A stretch of 64,000 bases of DNA from an uncultured Solirubrobacterales bacterium (GCA_963770615.1 CAVYQJ010000032.1:2202-66201); one strand, 5' to 3'; positions 36,450-45,883 are shown, counted from the stretch's first letter. The notes: generated by a model not told the origin, from the letters alone. A program made the numbers and translations.

Positions 36450-38495
36450 GTGATGTCAGGGGAGTCCGCGTTCGTCGGCCGGGCCCGGCGAGACCGGGTG
36501 GTCGCGGCATGCTCGGGGCACTTCCTCGCGTTCGGATTGCTCGGGCTGATGAGCGTCTGGGCCGTCGTCTACGAGCTCGCCTTCACGGTTTTCCCGGGTC
36601 TGCTCGGCGCCGTCGCGTTCCGTGGCATCGCGCCCGACGTGGTCTTCCTGATCGCGGCGGCGCTGCTGATCTGGCGCGGGCTCAGAGGGGAGCGCGGGTG
36701 GGCGCTGATCGGGATCGGCGGGCTGTGCTGGGCCGCCGGTGACATCTACTGGACGCTCGTGCTCGGCAATCTCGCGAACCCGCCGGTGCCGTCCCTGGCC
36801 GATGCCGGTTACCTGTCGTTCTGCCCGTTCGCGTTCGCCGGAATCCTGTCACTTGTGCGGCAGCGCATGTCGTGCGTGCCGAAGGCCCTCGCAGCGGACT
36901 CGGTCGCCGCCACGCTGGCGGTCGGCGCGGTGGGCGCGGCGCTGGTGGTGCAGCCGGTCGTCGCCCACGCAGACGGCGGAGGCCTCGCCGTGGCCACCAA
37001 CCTCGCCTACCCGATCTTCGACCTGCTGTTGCTCGGCCTGATCGTCGGCGCGACGGCGCTCGGCCACTGGCGGTTGAACCGGACCTGGACCTTGCTTGCC
37101 GCATCGGTGCTCGCGTTCTGGATCGCCGACAGCGTGTACGTCGTCGCCGACGCGACCGGCACCTACACCCAGAACGACTGGTACAACGCCCTGTGGTACT
37201 GGTCGCCGGTGATCGCGGCGTGGGCGGCCTGGGTCCCCCGGGGCGAGCGGGCATCGATGCGGAACCCGACGAGCGCCCGCGGCATCGTCATGCCGGTCGC
37301 GTTCGCGTCGGTCGCGATCTCGATCCTGGTGTGGTCGAGCTTCGATGGCGTCGGTTTGATCGCGATCGCCCTCTCCGCGGGTTCGCTGTCCGTCGTCATG
37401 GGCCGGCTCGTGCTCACCTGGCGCGACAACGCGCGTCTGCTCCGGGCAAGCCAGGACGAGGCGATTACCGACGCTCTCACGGGTCTCGGGAATCGGCGCG
37501 CGCTGCTCGCCGACCTCGAACGGCGGCTGTCGACGGTGGGGAACGATCCGCCATTCACGCTCGTGCTCTTCGATCTAGACGGCTTCAAGCAGTACAACGA
37601 CACGTTTGGGCATCTGTCGGGGGACGCTCTGCTTCTTCGCCTCGGACGAAAGCTCGAGGCGCAGATCGCGCCCGGGGGGAGGGCGTACCGGATCGGCGGC
37701 GACGAGTTCTGCGCGTTGATCGATGCCCCAGAGGGTGTCGCCGACTACCGGGTTGAGGCGGCGGTCGGCGCGCTGTTCGAGCGGGGCGAGGGCTTCGCGA
37801 TCGGCTGCTCGTGCGGTTCAGTCGTCGTGCCCACTGAAGCGCAGGACGTGAGCACCGCGCTCACGATCGCGGACCAGCGCATGTACGCCCAGAAGCGGAT
37901 GGGCCGCGCCTCAGCGGCCCGCCAGTCGAGAGACGTTCTGGTGAGTGCGCTCGGCGAGCGTAACCCCGACCTCGGCGCGCACGGGCGCGACGTCGCCGAG
38001 CTGGCCGGCGCCGTGGCCGTGGCGTTCTCGCTGCCGCTCGAGGACATCGACGCGATCCGCCAGGCCGCCGAGCTCCACGACGTCGGCAAGGTGGCGATCC
38101 CGGATGCGGTCCTGGGCAAGCCAACCGCGCTCGACGAAGACGAATGGGCTCTCATGCGCCGGCACACGCTGATCGGCGAGAAGATCATCGCGGCCGCGCC
38201 CGACCTCTCACGCGTAGCCCGCCTGGTTCGCTCGAGCCACGAGAACTTCGACGGGTCGGGCTATCCCGACGGGCTCGCGAGACGCGAGATCCCGCTCGGC
38301 TCGCGCATCATCTTGGTGTGCGACGCGTTCGACGCGATGACGACTGACCGCCCGTACCGCCAGGCGATGGACGAGGCCGCCGCCGTCCGGGAGCTGCGCC
38401 GCCATGCCGGAAGCCAGTTCGACCCCGACGTGGTCGAGCACTTCTGCGCGGCGCTGGGTGCCGGTCGAGCCGGCACCCTACCGCGCGCCGCCTGA
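36450..38495 (+). CDS. Membrane-bound GGDEF plus HD-GYP c-di-GMP enzyme
   Basis: About 9 TM helices; DLDGFKQYND.FGH, RIGGDEF; LHDVGK, SHE.FDGSGYP, DAFDAMT.DRPY. Confidence 0.93.
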   Translation: MMSGESAFVGRARRDRVVAACSGHFLAFGLLGLMSVWAVVYELAFTVFPGLLGAVAFRGIAPDVVFLIAAALLIWRGLRGERGWALIGIGGLCWAAGDIYWTLVLGNLANPPVPSLADAGYLSFCPFAFAGILSLVRQRMSCVPKALAADSVAATLAVGAVGAALVVQPVVAHADGGGLAVATNLAYPIFDLLLLGLIVGATALGHWRLNRTWTLLAASVLAFWIADSVYVVADATGTYTQNDWYNALWYWSPVIAAWAAWVPRGERASMRNPTSARGIVMPVAFASVAISILVWSSFDGVGLIAIALSAGSLSVVMGRLVLTWRDNARLLRASQDEAITDALTGLGNRRALLADLERRLSTVGNDPPFTLVLFDLDGFKQYNDTFGHLSGDALLLRLGRKLEAQIAPGGRAYRIGGDEFCALIDAPEGVADYRVEAAVGALFERGEGFAIGCSCGSVVVPTEAQDVSTALTIADQRMYAQKRMGRASAARQSRDVLVSALGERNPDLGAHGRDVAELAGAVAVAFSLPLEDIDAIRQAAELHDVGKVAIPDAVLGKPTALDEDEWALMRRHTLIGEKIIAAAPDLSRVARLVRSSHENFDGSGYPDGLARREIPLGSRIILVCDAFDAMTTDRPYRQAMDEAAAVRELRRHAGSQFDPDVVEHFCAALGAGRAGTLPRAA

Positions 38496-38498
38496 ACC

Positions 38499-39896
38499 TC
38501 AGAACAGCTGGAGGTAGCGGTCCAGCTCCCACTGGGTGATCTGCTCGTGCGCCGCCTGCCACTCGCGACGCTTTACCTTCGCGAAGTAGTCGACGTAGTC
38601 GCCGTCTCGCGTCTTGCCGAACGCGGCTCGGAGCACGTCGTTCTTCTCGAGCTCGCGGACGGCGTCGAGCAGGTTGGCCGGGAGCAGCTCGATCCCGGCG
38701 GCAGTCCGCTCGTCGGGGTGCATCTCGTACAGGTTGGCCGAGTTCGGCTCGCCGGCGTCGAGTCCGCGCTCGATCCCGTCGAGGCCCGCGGCGAGCATCG
38801 CGGTCGCCGCCAGGTACGGGTTGCACGAGCCGTCGACGGTGCGGTCCTCGATCCGGCCGCTGTCCGGGATGCGGAGCATCTGGGTGCGGTTGTTGTAGCC
38901 GTAGCTCACGTACGCCGGCGCCCAGGTCGCGCCGCTCGTCGGCGCGCCGACGACGAGGCGCTTATATGAGTTCACGGTCGGCGCGGTGACCGCGATGTAC
39001 GCCTTGGCGTTGGCCTTCAGTCCGCCGATGAACTGGTATGCGAGCTCGGACAGACCGAGGCCGCGCGGATCGTCGGCGGCGTCGCGCGCGAACACGTTCT
39101 CGCCGTTCGACCACAGGCTGACGTGGAAGTGGCAGCCGTTCCCGGTCAAGTTGGCGAACGGCTTGGGCATGAACGTCGCTGTCAGCCCGCGCTGCTGCGC
39201 GAGCGACTCGACCATGTAGCGGAAGAACACAGCGCGGTCGCACGTGGTCAGCGCGTCGGCGAACTGGAAGTTCTGCTCGAACTGGCCGTTGGCGTCCTCG
39301 TGATCGGTCGCGTAGTTGTCCCACCCGAGTTCGGTCACCGCCTTCGAGACCTGCGAGACGAAGTCGAGGTTGCGGGTCAGCGCGCGCATGTCGTAACACG
39401 GCAGGTCGAGCGTGTCGAGCTTGTCGGCGACCTCGATCGTGCCGTCCTCGCGGCGCCGGACCAGGAAGTACTCGAGCTCGGCGCCGACTTTCAGCTCGAA
39501 CCCGAGCGCCTTCGCGCGCTCGAGCTGGTTGCGCAGGATCGTGCGCGGGCAGAACGGCCATGGCTCGCCCTCGACCGTCACGTTGCACGCGAACCGCGCC
39601 ACGTTCGGCTGCCACGGCAGGATCGTGAGCGTGCTCGGATCCGGCATCGCGATCATGTCCGGGTCGTGCGGGCCCTGACCGATGTCGCCGGCGGCGAAGC
39701 CCGCGAACCCGGCGCCGTCGGTGAGCAGGTCATCGATGTGATGCGCCGGTACGAGCTTGGCGCTCGGTTTGCCGTGCATGTCGACGAACTGAGCGAACAG
39801 AAACTCGATCTGCCGCTCGCTGATGATCCGCCGGACGTCGTCGGCGTCGCGGGCGTGCGGCGCGTCCTCGTTGCGATGCTCAGTTGTGATAGCCAT
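38499..39896 (-). CDS. gmaS: Type III glutamate-ammonia ligase (GlnT), probable gamma-glutamylmethylamide synthetase
   Basis: AQFVDMHGKPSAKLVP, GAGFAGFA, DHEDANGQFE, FMPKPF..TGNG.H, NNRTQM.RIP, NPYLA; near mgsABC. Confidence 0.88.
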   Translation of the reverse strand: MAITTEHRNEDAPHARDADDVRRIISERQIEFLFAQFVDMHGKPSAKLVPAHHIDDLLTDGAGFAGFAAGDIGQGPHDPDMIAMPDPSTLTILPWQPNVARFACNVTVEGEPWPFCPRTILRNQLERAKALGFELKVGAELEYFLVRRREDGTIEVADKLDTLDLPCYDMRALTRNLDFVSQVSKAVTELGWDNYATDHEDANGQFEQNFQFADALTTCDRAVFFRYMVESLAQQRGLTATFMPKPFANLTGNGCHFHVSLWSNGENVFARDAADDPRGLGLSELAYQFIGGLKANAKAYIAVTAPTVNSYKRLVVGAPTSGATWAPAYVSYGYNNRTQMLRIPDSGRIEDRTVDGSCNPYLAATAMLAAGLDGIERGLDAGEPNSANLYEMHPDERTAAGIELLPANLLDAVRELEKNDVLRAAFGKTRDGDYVDYFAKVKRREWQAAHEQITQWELDRYLQLF

Positions 39897-39963
39897 GAGC
39901 GAGGTATATCCCCACGCACCGCTATCCGGCAATGGCCGCGAGCACTGGGTATCTGGGTCTAGG

Positions 39964-39980
39964 ATGTGCGCTTCGCACAT
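39964..39980. promoter_or_regulatory. Palindrome ATGTGCG-CTT-CGCACAT, candidate PucR/CdaR site
   Basis: Perfect 7-bp IR between divergent gmaS and regulator; half-site recurs at 43893 and 45755. Confidence 0.55.
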
Positions 39981-39997
39981 ACGACGGGAGGCCTTTC

Positions 39998-41770
39998 CTG
40001 ACGGCTACCTCTGAGGCCCACGGGCTTCGCGAAGAGAACCGGACCCTGTACCGGGTGATCAACCTTGTCGGCTCGTCGATCGAGCTCGGCCCGATGCTGC
40101 ACGGGATCGTCGACCTGGCGACCGAGGCGACCGACTGCCACGCGTGCTTCATCTACCTGCTCGAGGACGGCGTGCTCACGATCCGCGCCGCCTCGCCCGT
40201 GTACGCCGCGGCCGTCGGCGTCGTGCAGATGCGGCTCGACGAGGGACTGACGGGGTGGGTGGCGCGGCACCGCCAGCCCGAGTTCATCCGCGACAGGGCG
40301 ATGACGGATCCGCGGATGAAGTTCTTCCCGATCCTCGAGGAGGAGCGGTTCCAGTCGATGGTCGCGGTCCCGATCGTCTCACGCGCGAACGACACGATCG
40401 GCGTGATCGTGCTCCACACCGAAGCGCCGCGCGAGTTCACCGAGGACACGCTGAAGCTGCTCGTCCACATCGCCTCTCTGGTTTCGGGCGCGATCGCGAA
40501 CGCGCAGCTGTACGACCAGCAGGGCCGCCGGGTGGACGCGCTGACGAGCCTGTCGGGGCTCGCTCAGGAGGTCGCGACCGCCGGCGACGTCGGCGAGATC
40601 GGGCATTCGGTCACGCGGGGGATGCGGCGGCTGCTGGGGGCCGAGGTTTGCCAGCTGTATCGCCTCGACCGCGCCGGCGCGGGACTACAGCTGCTGTCCT
40701 CCTCGCCCGCGACCGCCGAGCCCGAGGCGCTGTCGGCGACCGCGCTGCTGCTGGCGGCGTTCGACGGGAGCGCGTCACGGCCGCCCGCGCAAACGCTGTG
40801 GCCCGGGCTCGACGTCGCCGACCTGATGGTGACGCCGCTCGTGTCGGGCGGCGAGCGGCTCGGGTTGCTGTGCGCGGGCGCTCCACCTCGGCGGCCGTTC
40901 ACCGGCGAGGACACCGAGATGGCGCGGGCGATCGCGCACCTGGCCGCGATCGCGATCAAGCGCGCCGAGCTGATCGAGGGGCTGACCAACGCGAACATCG
41001 TCAAGGACCTGTTCGAGGCGCTCGCCGCCGGGGCGACTGCATTCGCCGTCGGCAAGGCGATGGAGGTCCGCTGCGATCTGACGAAGCCCTACCTGATGCT
41101 TTGCGCGGAGCCGGCCGCCGGACGCGAGCAGGGCTCGGGCGAGTGGCGCGCTGCCGCCGAGGTGCTCGGGCGGGACCTCGCCGAGCTCGCGCCGCGGACC
41201 GCGGTCGAGGCGGGTCCGGGGCCGGTGCGGGCGGTGCTGTCGCTGGGAGCCAGTGCCTCCCAGCGGATCGAGGAGGTCGTGCGGGCATGCCGGGACCTCG
41301 GCCGGCGCCGCGGGGCCGCGATTGGGCTCAGCGAGCTGCACTCGTCCGGGGCCGACTCGGCCCGCGCCTACCGCCAGGCGCTCGACGCGACGATGATCGG
41401 CCGCGCGTTGCTCGGCGACGGCGGCGCGATCGGCTACGCCGAGGTCGGCGCGTACCGGTACCTCGTTCACATCGCCGCCGAGAACGCGCCGCACGACCGG
41501 ATGCGGGCCGCCGTCGATCGCCTGATCGACTACGACGCCAGGCGGCGCACCGCGCTGCTCGACACGCTCGAGCGGTATCTCGCCGAGCGCCGTAGCGTGA
41601 TCGAGTCGGCGCGCGAGCTGTTCATCCACCCGAACACGCTGCGCCAGCGGTTGGCCCGGATCGAGGACCTGACCGGACTGAAGCTCGACGAGGACGACTT
41701 GCTGTCGCTCGAGTTGGCGATCAAGCTGGCGCGACTCCACGGGCGGCCGGCGGAGGCACGCGGCGGCTAA
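39998..41770 (+). CDS. Double-GAF PucR/CdaR family transcriptional regulator
   Basis: Two GAF domains (GLTGWVA, SMVAVPI); LLDTLERYL, LFIHPNTLRQRLARIE HTH; proposed CTG start after GGGAGG. Confidence 0.92.
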   Translation: MTATSEAHGLREENRTLYRVINLVGSSIELGPMLHGIVDLATEATDCHACFIYLLEDGVLTIRAASPVYAAAVGVVQMRLDEGLTGWVARHRQPEFIRDRAMTDPRMKFFPILEEERFQSMVAVPIVSRANDTIGVIVLHTEAPREFTEDTLKLLVHIASLVSGAIANAQLYDQQGRRVDALTSLSGLAQEVATAGDVGEIGHSVTRGMRRLLGAEVCQLYRLDRAGAGLQLLSSSPATAEPEALSATALLLAAFDGSASRPPAQTLWPGLDVADLMVTPLVSGGERLGLLCAGAPPRRPFTGEDTEMARAIAHLAAIAIKRAELIEGLTNANIVKDLFEALAAGATAFAVGKAMEVRCDLTKPYLMLCAEPAAGREQGSGEWRAAAEVLGRDLAELAPRTAVEAGPGPVRAVLSLGASASQRIEEVVRACRDLGRRRGAAIGLSELHSSGADSARAYRQALDATMIGRALLGDGGAIGYAEVGAYRYLVHIAAENAPHDRMRAAVDRLIDYDARRRTALLDTLERYLAERRSVIESARELFIHPNTLRQRLARIEDLTGLKLDEDDLLSLELAIKLARLHGRPAEARGG

Positions 41771-42264
41771 CCGTCTTCGTAAACCAGGAACACCGGGATC
41801 TTCTTCGCCTTGCGGCGGACCCGCTGCGGTTCCTGGGACCAGGCGAAGTCGCCGGTCACGCGATTGCGATCGGGGTCGGCGGCCATCACGATCGCCTCGC
41901 AGCCGGCGAGCTCGGCCTCCTGGAGGATCCGCTTGGTGGTCTTCCGGGTTCCAACGACGTGCCCGTCGGCGTCGATGCCCTTGCGCTCGAGCCGCTTGAC
42001 CGCCTTGTTCACGATGTCGCGCTGTTCCGCCCATTCGGCCTTGGTCGGAAGCAGCCCCGGCATCTGCATTCCGAACGAGACGCCGTGAATGCGCGCGATC
42101 GTGAATACGCGGACGCTCGCGCCCGAGGCCTTGGCGAGCTCTACCACGCGCGCGATCGCGGCATTCGAGATCGGCCGACCTTCGGACGCGAGCAGGATCC
42201 GCTCGAACGGTCCCTCGGACGGGCTTCCCGGCTCGTGTTTGCTCAGCCTGGCCGTCGCGCTCAC
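41767..42264 (-). CDS. Universal stress protein
   Basis: RILLASEG, EAIVMA, RRKAKKIPVFLV; overlaps permease stop. Confidence 0.75.
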   Translation of the reverse strand: MSATARLSKHEPGSPSEGPFERILLASEGRPISNAAIARVVELAKASGASVRVFTIARIHGVSFGMQMPGLLPTKAEWAEQRDIVNKAVKRLERKGIDADGHVVGTRKTTKRILQEAELAGCEAIVMAADPDRNRVTGDFAWSQEPQRVRRKAKKIPVFLVYEDG

Positions 42265-43823
42265 GGGTCAGACGCGCCCGCGATCGGAGCGGGCGTACCC
42301 GCCGCGACCATTCCCTCCGCCGGCGCGGTCCGTTTGTCCTCGACGCGCTTGCGATAGGCGTAGAAGAGCGAGTAGGACAGGAGCACCGCCCAGCCGATGA
42401 AGTAGTACGGCAGCGTCTTGCGCCCGGCCGCGTTGCACGTGCAGTTCGCATACACCGGCCCGCCGTAGAAGTAGATGATCGCGTAAAGCGCTGCTACGAC
42501 AAGCGCGACGTACTTCATCCACTCCGGTAGCTTGAACGGCCGGCGCACGTTCGGCCGGTGCTTGCGCAGCAGGTAGTAGCCGATCAGCACCGGGATGAAC
42601 GAGGCCAGGTAGCCGACGTTCGAGAAGGTGTAGATCTCGACCGCGCCGCCCATGAAGACGACGGCGATCGAGCACGCGACGTTGAACCACATCGACCGGT
42701 TCGGCACGCCGTGCTTGTTGACCCTCTGGAAGAAGCGCGGGAACTGACCGTCGGTCGACATCTGGTGAAGCGATCGCGCGGTGCCCGTGATCGCGTTCAG
42801 CGCCGACAGGATCAGCGCCAGGATCAGCATGATCGCGATCAACCACTCGAGGATGCTCGAGCCGGTCCCGGTTCCGAACACGGCCGCGGCGTAGTGGACG
42901 AAGATCGTCTTGGGGTCGACCAGGGCCGCGTTGCCGAGCGCGGGGAGGCCGAGCACGATGATGAACGCCACGGGGATCAGCGTGTAGATGAACAGGCCGT
43001 AGAGCCCCTCGAGGTTCATCGCGATCTTCGCGTCGCGGTCGGGATTCTTGGTCTCCCCGATGTAGCACGCGGCTGCCTCCATCGCGATCACGTTCCACGT
43101 CAACAGGAACGAGAACGCGATGTACAAGGTGAGCCACCCGTGCCCGAACAGCGGCGTGAAGAAGCCGGTGCCGTTGGTGTGGCGGAAGTGCCACAGCCAG
43201 CTGAAGTCCACCGCGGACGGATTGAAGATCCAGGAGATCGCGAGGAATGTCAGCGGGATCATCGAGAGCAACGCGAGCGTCGTCGCGAACACGGTCCCGA
43301 ACCGCAGCCCCCTCACGGCCGGAATCGCGAGCAGCAGCAGCCCGCCGATCGAGATGCCGAGCGTCCACCAGGCGATCGGCGTGTGGATCGGCGTGAACCC
43401 GGCGGTCGAGAGCTTGAAGCGGTCGACGATGTAATACGAAGCCAGGATCATGTTGAGCGGCGCGACCGGGAACCAGCCGAGCCAGTAGGCCCAGGCGGTA
43501 AAGCCGTTCACGTGCTCGGCGAAGCGCGGCCATCTGTCCTTGTACGCGGGGTACGCGTACGACGGCAGGCCGCCGGACCGGTCGGGCATCATCGCCGAAA
43601 GCTCGGCGAGCAGCAGGCAGACGATGTACCCAGTGATCGTGATCAGCACGATCACGGGCACGGACGCGGCGCCGAGCTCGGTGACCATCACCGGCGCGAT
43701 GCCGGTGACGAGGATCGTTCCGGCGAGACCGATTACGAACGCGCCCCACCAGTTTGTCGTCTTCGGCAGCCCGCCGGACTCGTATACGAGTTCGTCGTGT
43801 CCCGCTGATGACCCGTCCGCCAT
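42261..43823 (-). CDS. APC family amino acid/amine permease
   Basis: 12 TM helices; LLAELSAMMP..SGG, MEAAACYIGE.KNP, AR.L.QMS.DGQFP, RRPFK. Confidence 0.9.
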   Translation of the reverse strand: MADGSSAGHDELVYESGGLPKTTNWWGAFVIGLAGTILVTGIAPVMVTELGAASVPVIVLITITGYIVCLLLAELSAMMPDRSGGLPSYAYPAYKDRWPRFAEHVNGFTAWAYWLGWFPVAPLNMILASYYIVDRFKLSTAGFTPIHTPIAWWTLGISIGGLLLLAIPAVRGLRFGTVFATTLALLSMIPLTFLAISWIFNPSAVDFSWLWHFRHTNGTGFFTPLFGHGWLTLYIAFSFLLTWNVIAMEAAACYIGETKNPDRDAKIAMNLEGLYGLFIYTLIPVAFIIVLGLPALGNAALVDPKTIFVHYAAAVFGTGTGSSILEWLIAIMLILALILSALNAITGTARSLHQMSTDGQFPRFFQRVNKHGVPNRSMWFNVACSIAVVFMGGAVEIYTFSNVGYLASFIPVLIGYYLLRKHRPNVRRPFKLPEWMKYVALVVAALYAIIYFYGGPVYANCTCNAAGRKTLPYYFIGWAVLLSYSLFYAYRKRVEDKRTAPAEGMVAAGTPAPIAGASDP

Positions 43824-43892
43824 ATGTCCTCCAAGACGCGGTTGTACCTAGCCGCGGTTAGGCTCCCACTTGGCCGGTGCACGTCCCAGGCG

Positions 43893-43903
43893 CGATGCGC
43901 ACA
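43893..43903 (-). promoter_or_regulatory. TGTGCGCATCG motif upstream of permease
   Basis: Matches TGTGCGNWTCG at 39965 and 45755. Confidence 0.4.
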
Positions 43904-43920
43904 CAATTGCAGGTGTCGAC

Positions 43921-45747
43921 ATGGAGCAGTTGGACACATTCCTCGCCCGCTACGCTCCGTTCGACGCGCTCGATCAGGACGAGCTGAGGGGGCTTTCGGC
44001 CGGCGCGATTGAGCGGGCGTACGAGACCGGCGTCTCGGTGCTGGTCGAGGACGGACTGCCGACGCCGGGGCTGTGGGTGATCCTCACCGGGTCGATGGAC
44101 ATCGTCCACGACGGGGAGCCGATCCAGGTGCTCGAGCCGGGCGAGTGCTTCGGGCATCCGTCGCTGCTCACCGGGATGGCACCCGCGTTCACCGTGCGGG
44201 CGCGGGAGCCGTCGACGTGCGCGTTCTTCGGTGCCGAGGCGGGCCGGCGGATCCTCGGAACCGAGGCGGGCGCGGCCTACGTCGCGAACTCGATGCGAAA
44301 GCGCCTGACGATCGCCGGCCACACGGTTCACGGACTTCCCGACGTCGGCACCACGCCCGTGTCGCTGATCATGAGCGCCGCCGAGTTCTGCGAACCCGAC
44401 GAACCGCTGCGCGCGGCCGCGGCCCGGCTCGGCGAGCCTGGGGTCTCGGCGCTGCTGGTCCGGGTGGACGGCGGCGAGCTTGGGATCGTGACCGACGCCT
44501 CCGTGCGGGCCGCGCTCGTCGTCGAGGGCGTGCCGCTCGACGCGCCGGCTCGCGTGGCCGCCCGCGCGCCGGTGCCCACGGTTCCCGCGGACCAGCTCGC
44601 GGTCGAGGCGACGGTCGAGATGCTTGCGGCCGCCTCAGACCACCTGGTGGTGCTCGACGGCGGGGAGATCTGCGGCCTGCTGTCGGCGCGCGACCTGCTC
44701 GGTCTCGACGCGCGCAGCCCGATGGCGCTACGTCACATGCTCCTCGGCGCGCCCGACGAGGACGCGCTGGTGCGGGCCGCGGAGGAGATCCCAAAGCTGT
44801 TCCTACTACTTAAGCGCGCGGGAGTGCTGCCGCGCGACCTCGGGCAGGTGCTGAGTCTCCAGCAGGACACCGTGGTGGCGCGGCTGATCGACTTCTCGAT
44901 CTGGAGCCGCGGGCCCGCGCCCCTGCCGTGGGCGTGGCTCGATCTCGGGAGCGCGGCTCGCCGAGAGTTCACGCTCGCATCCGACCAGGACAACGCGCTC
45001 GCGTACGCCACCCCGCGGCCGGGAGACGAGGGGGTCGACGAGTACTTCGCGGGGCTCGGGGCCGACGTCAACGCCGGGCTGGTCAGGTGCGGGATCGGGC
45101 TCGACAACAACGGCGTGCTAGCCGGCAACCGGTTGTGGCGCATGTCGAAGGACGCCTGGCTCCAGACGTTCGACGCATGCCTGACCGAACCCGACGAGTC
45201 GCATCTGATCCGCGCCAGCGTGTCGTTCGACTTTCGCCCGACGGCGGGCGGGCTGGCGGTCACCGCCGAGCTGACCGCGCGCATCCGGGACGCACGCCAC
45301 CACGCCCAGTTCATGCGGCTGATGGCGCGGACGGCGACCGGCTACCCGGTCGCGCTGGGTTTCCGGGGTCAGCTCGCCACCGGGCACGAGGGGGATCCCC
45401 CGGGGAAGCTCGACATCAAACGCGGCGCGATCATCCCGCTCGTCAATCTTGTCCGCTTCTACGCGCTCGCGAACGGGGTGACGATCTCCCCGACGGTCGA
45501 TCGGATCGAGGCGGTGGCGAGCGTCGGCGGGATCGAGCGCGCGGACGCGGACGCGCTCCGCGAGGCGTTCGTGGTCATCACCGGCATTCGCTTCGATCAC
45601 CACGCGGCGCAGGTGCAGGCCGGGGTCCCGCCCGACAACCTGATCGACCCCGAGCAACTGGCGCCGATCGCGCGCAGCGACCTGCGCGAGGCGCTGCACG
45701 TCGTACGCCGGGCTCAGAAGCGCGTGGGGGCCTGGTCGCCACCGTGA
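43921..45747 (+). CDS. cNMP-CBS-CBS-DUF294 nucleotidyltransferase, catalytic motif intact
   Basis: FLARYAPFDAL, GECFG, GIVTD, LGSAARREF...SDQDNAL, FDFR, LDIKRGAIIPLV. Confidence 0.92.
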   Translation: MEQLDTFLARYAPFDALDQDELRGLSAGAIERAYETGVSVLVEDGLPTPGLWVILTGSMDIVHDGEPIQVLEPGECFGHPSLLTGMAPAFTVRAREPSTCAFFGAEAGRRILGTEAGAAYVANSMRKRLTIAGHTVHGLPDVGTTPVSLIMSAAEFCEPDEPLRAAAARLGEPGVSALLVRVDGGELGIVTDASVRAALVVEGVPLDAPARVAARAPVPTVPADQLAVEATVEMLAAASDHLVVLDGGEICGLLSARDLLGLDARSPMALRHMLLGAPDEDALVRAAEEIPKLFLLLKRAGVLPRDLGQVLSLQQDTVVARLIDFSIWSRGPAPLPWAWLDLGSAARREFTLASDQDNALAYATPRPGDEGVDEYFAGLGADVNAGLVRCGIGLDNNGVLAGNRLWRMSKDAWLQTFDACLTEPDESHLIRASVSFDFRPTAGGLAVTAELTARIRDARHHAQFMRLMARTATGYPVALGFRGQLATGHEGDPPGKLDIKRGAIIPLVNLVRFYALANGVTISPTVDRIEAVASVGGIERADADALREAFVVITGIRFDHHAAQVQAGVPPDNLIDPEQLAPIARSDLREALHVVRRAQKRVGAWSPP

Positions 45748-45754
45748 GCTTGGA

Positions 45755-45765
45755 TGTGCGATTCG
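45755..45765 (+). promoter_or_regulatory. TGTGCGATTCG motif upstream of mgsABC
   Basis: GGATGTGCGATTCG (45752-45765) vs GGATGTGCGCTTCG (39962-39975), 13/14 identical. Confidence 0.45.
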
Positions 45766-45883
45766 TCCGTGGGGGGCGCTAAGAACGCGTTAAGAAGTAG
45801 AGCCCACAACCACATTCGCAGGTCAAAGTGTGCCCGTGCGGTCCATTGGACGGGTCATGGCCAAGCTCTAGCCTCAGCGCAAC

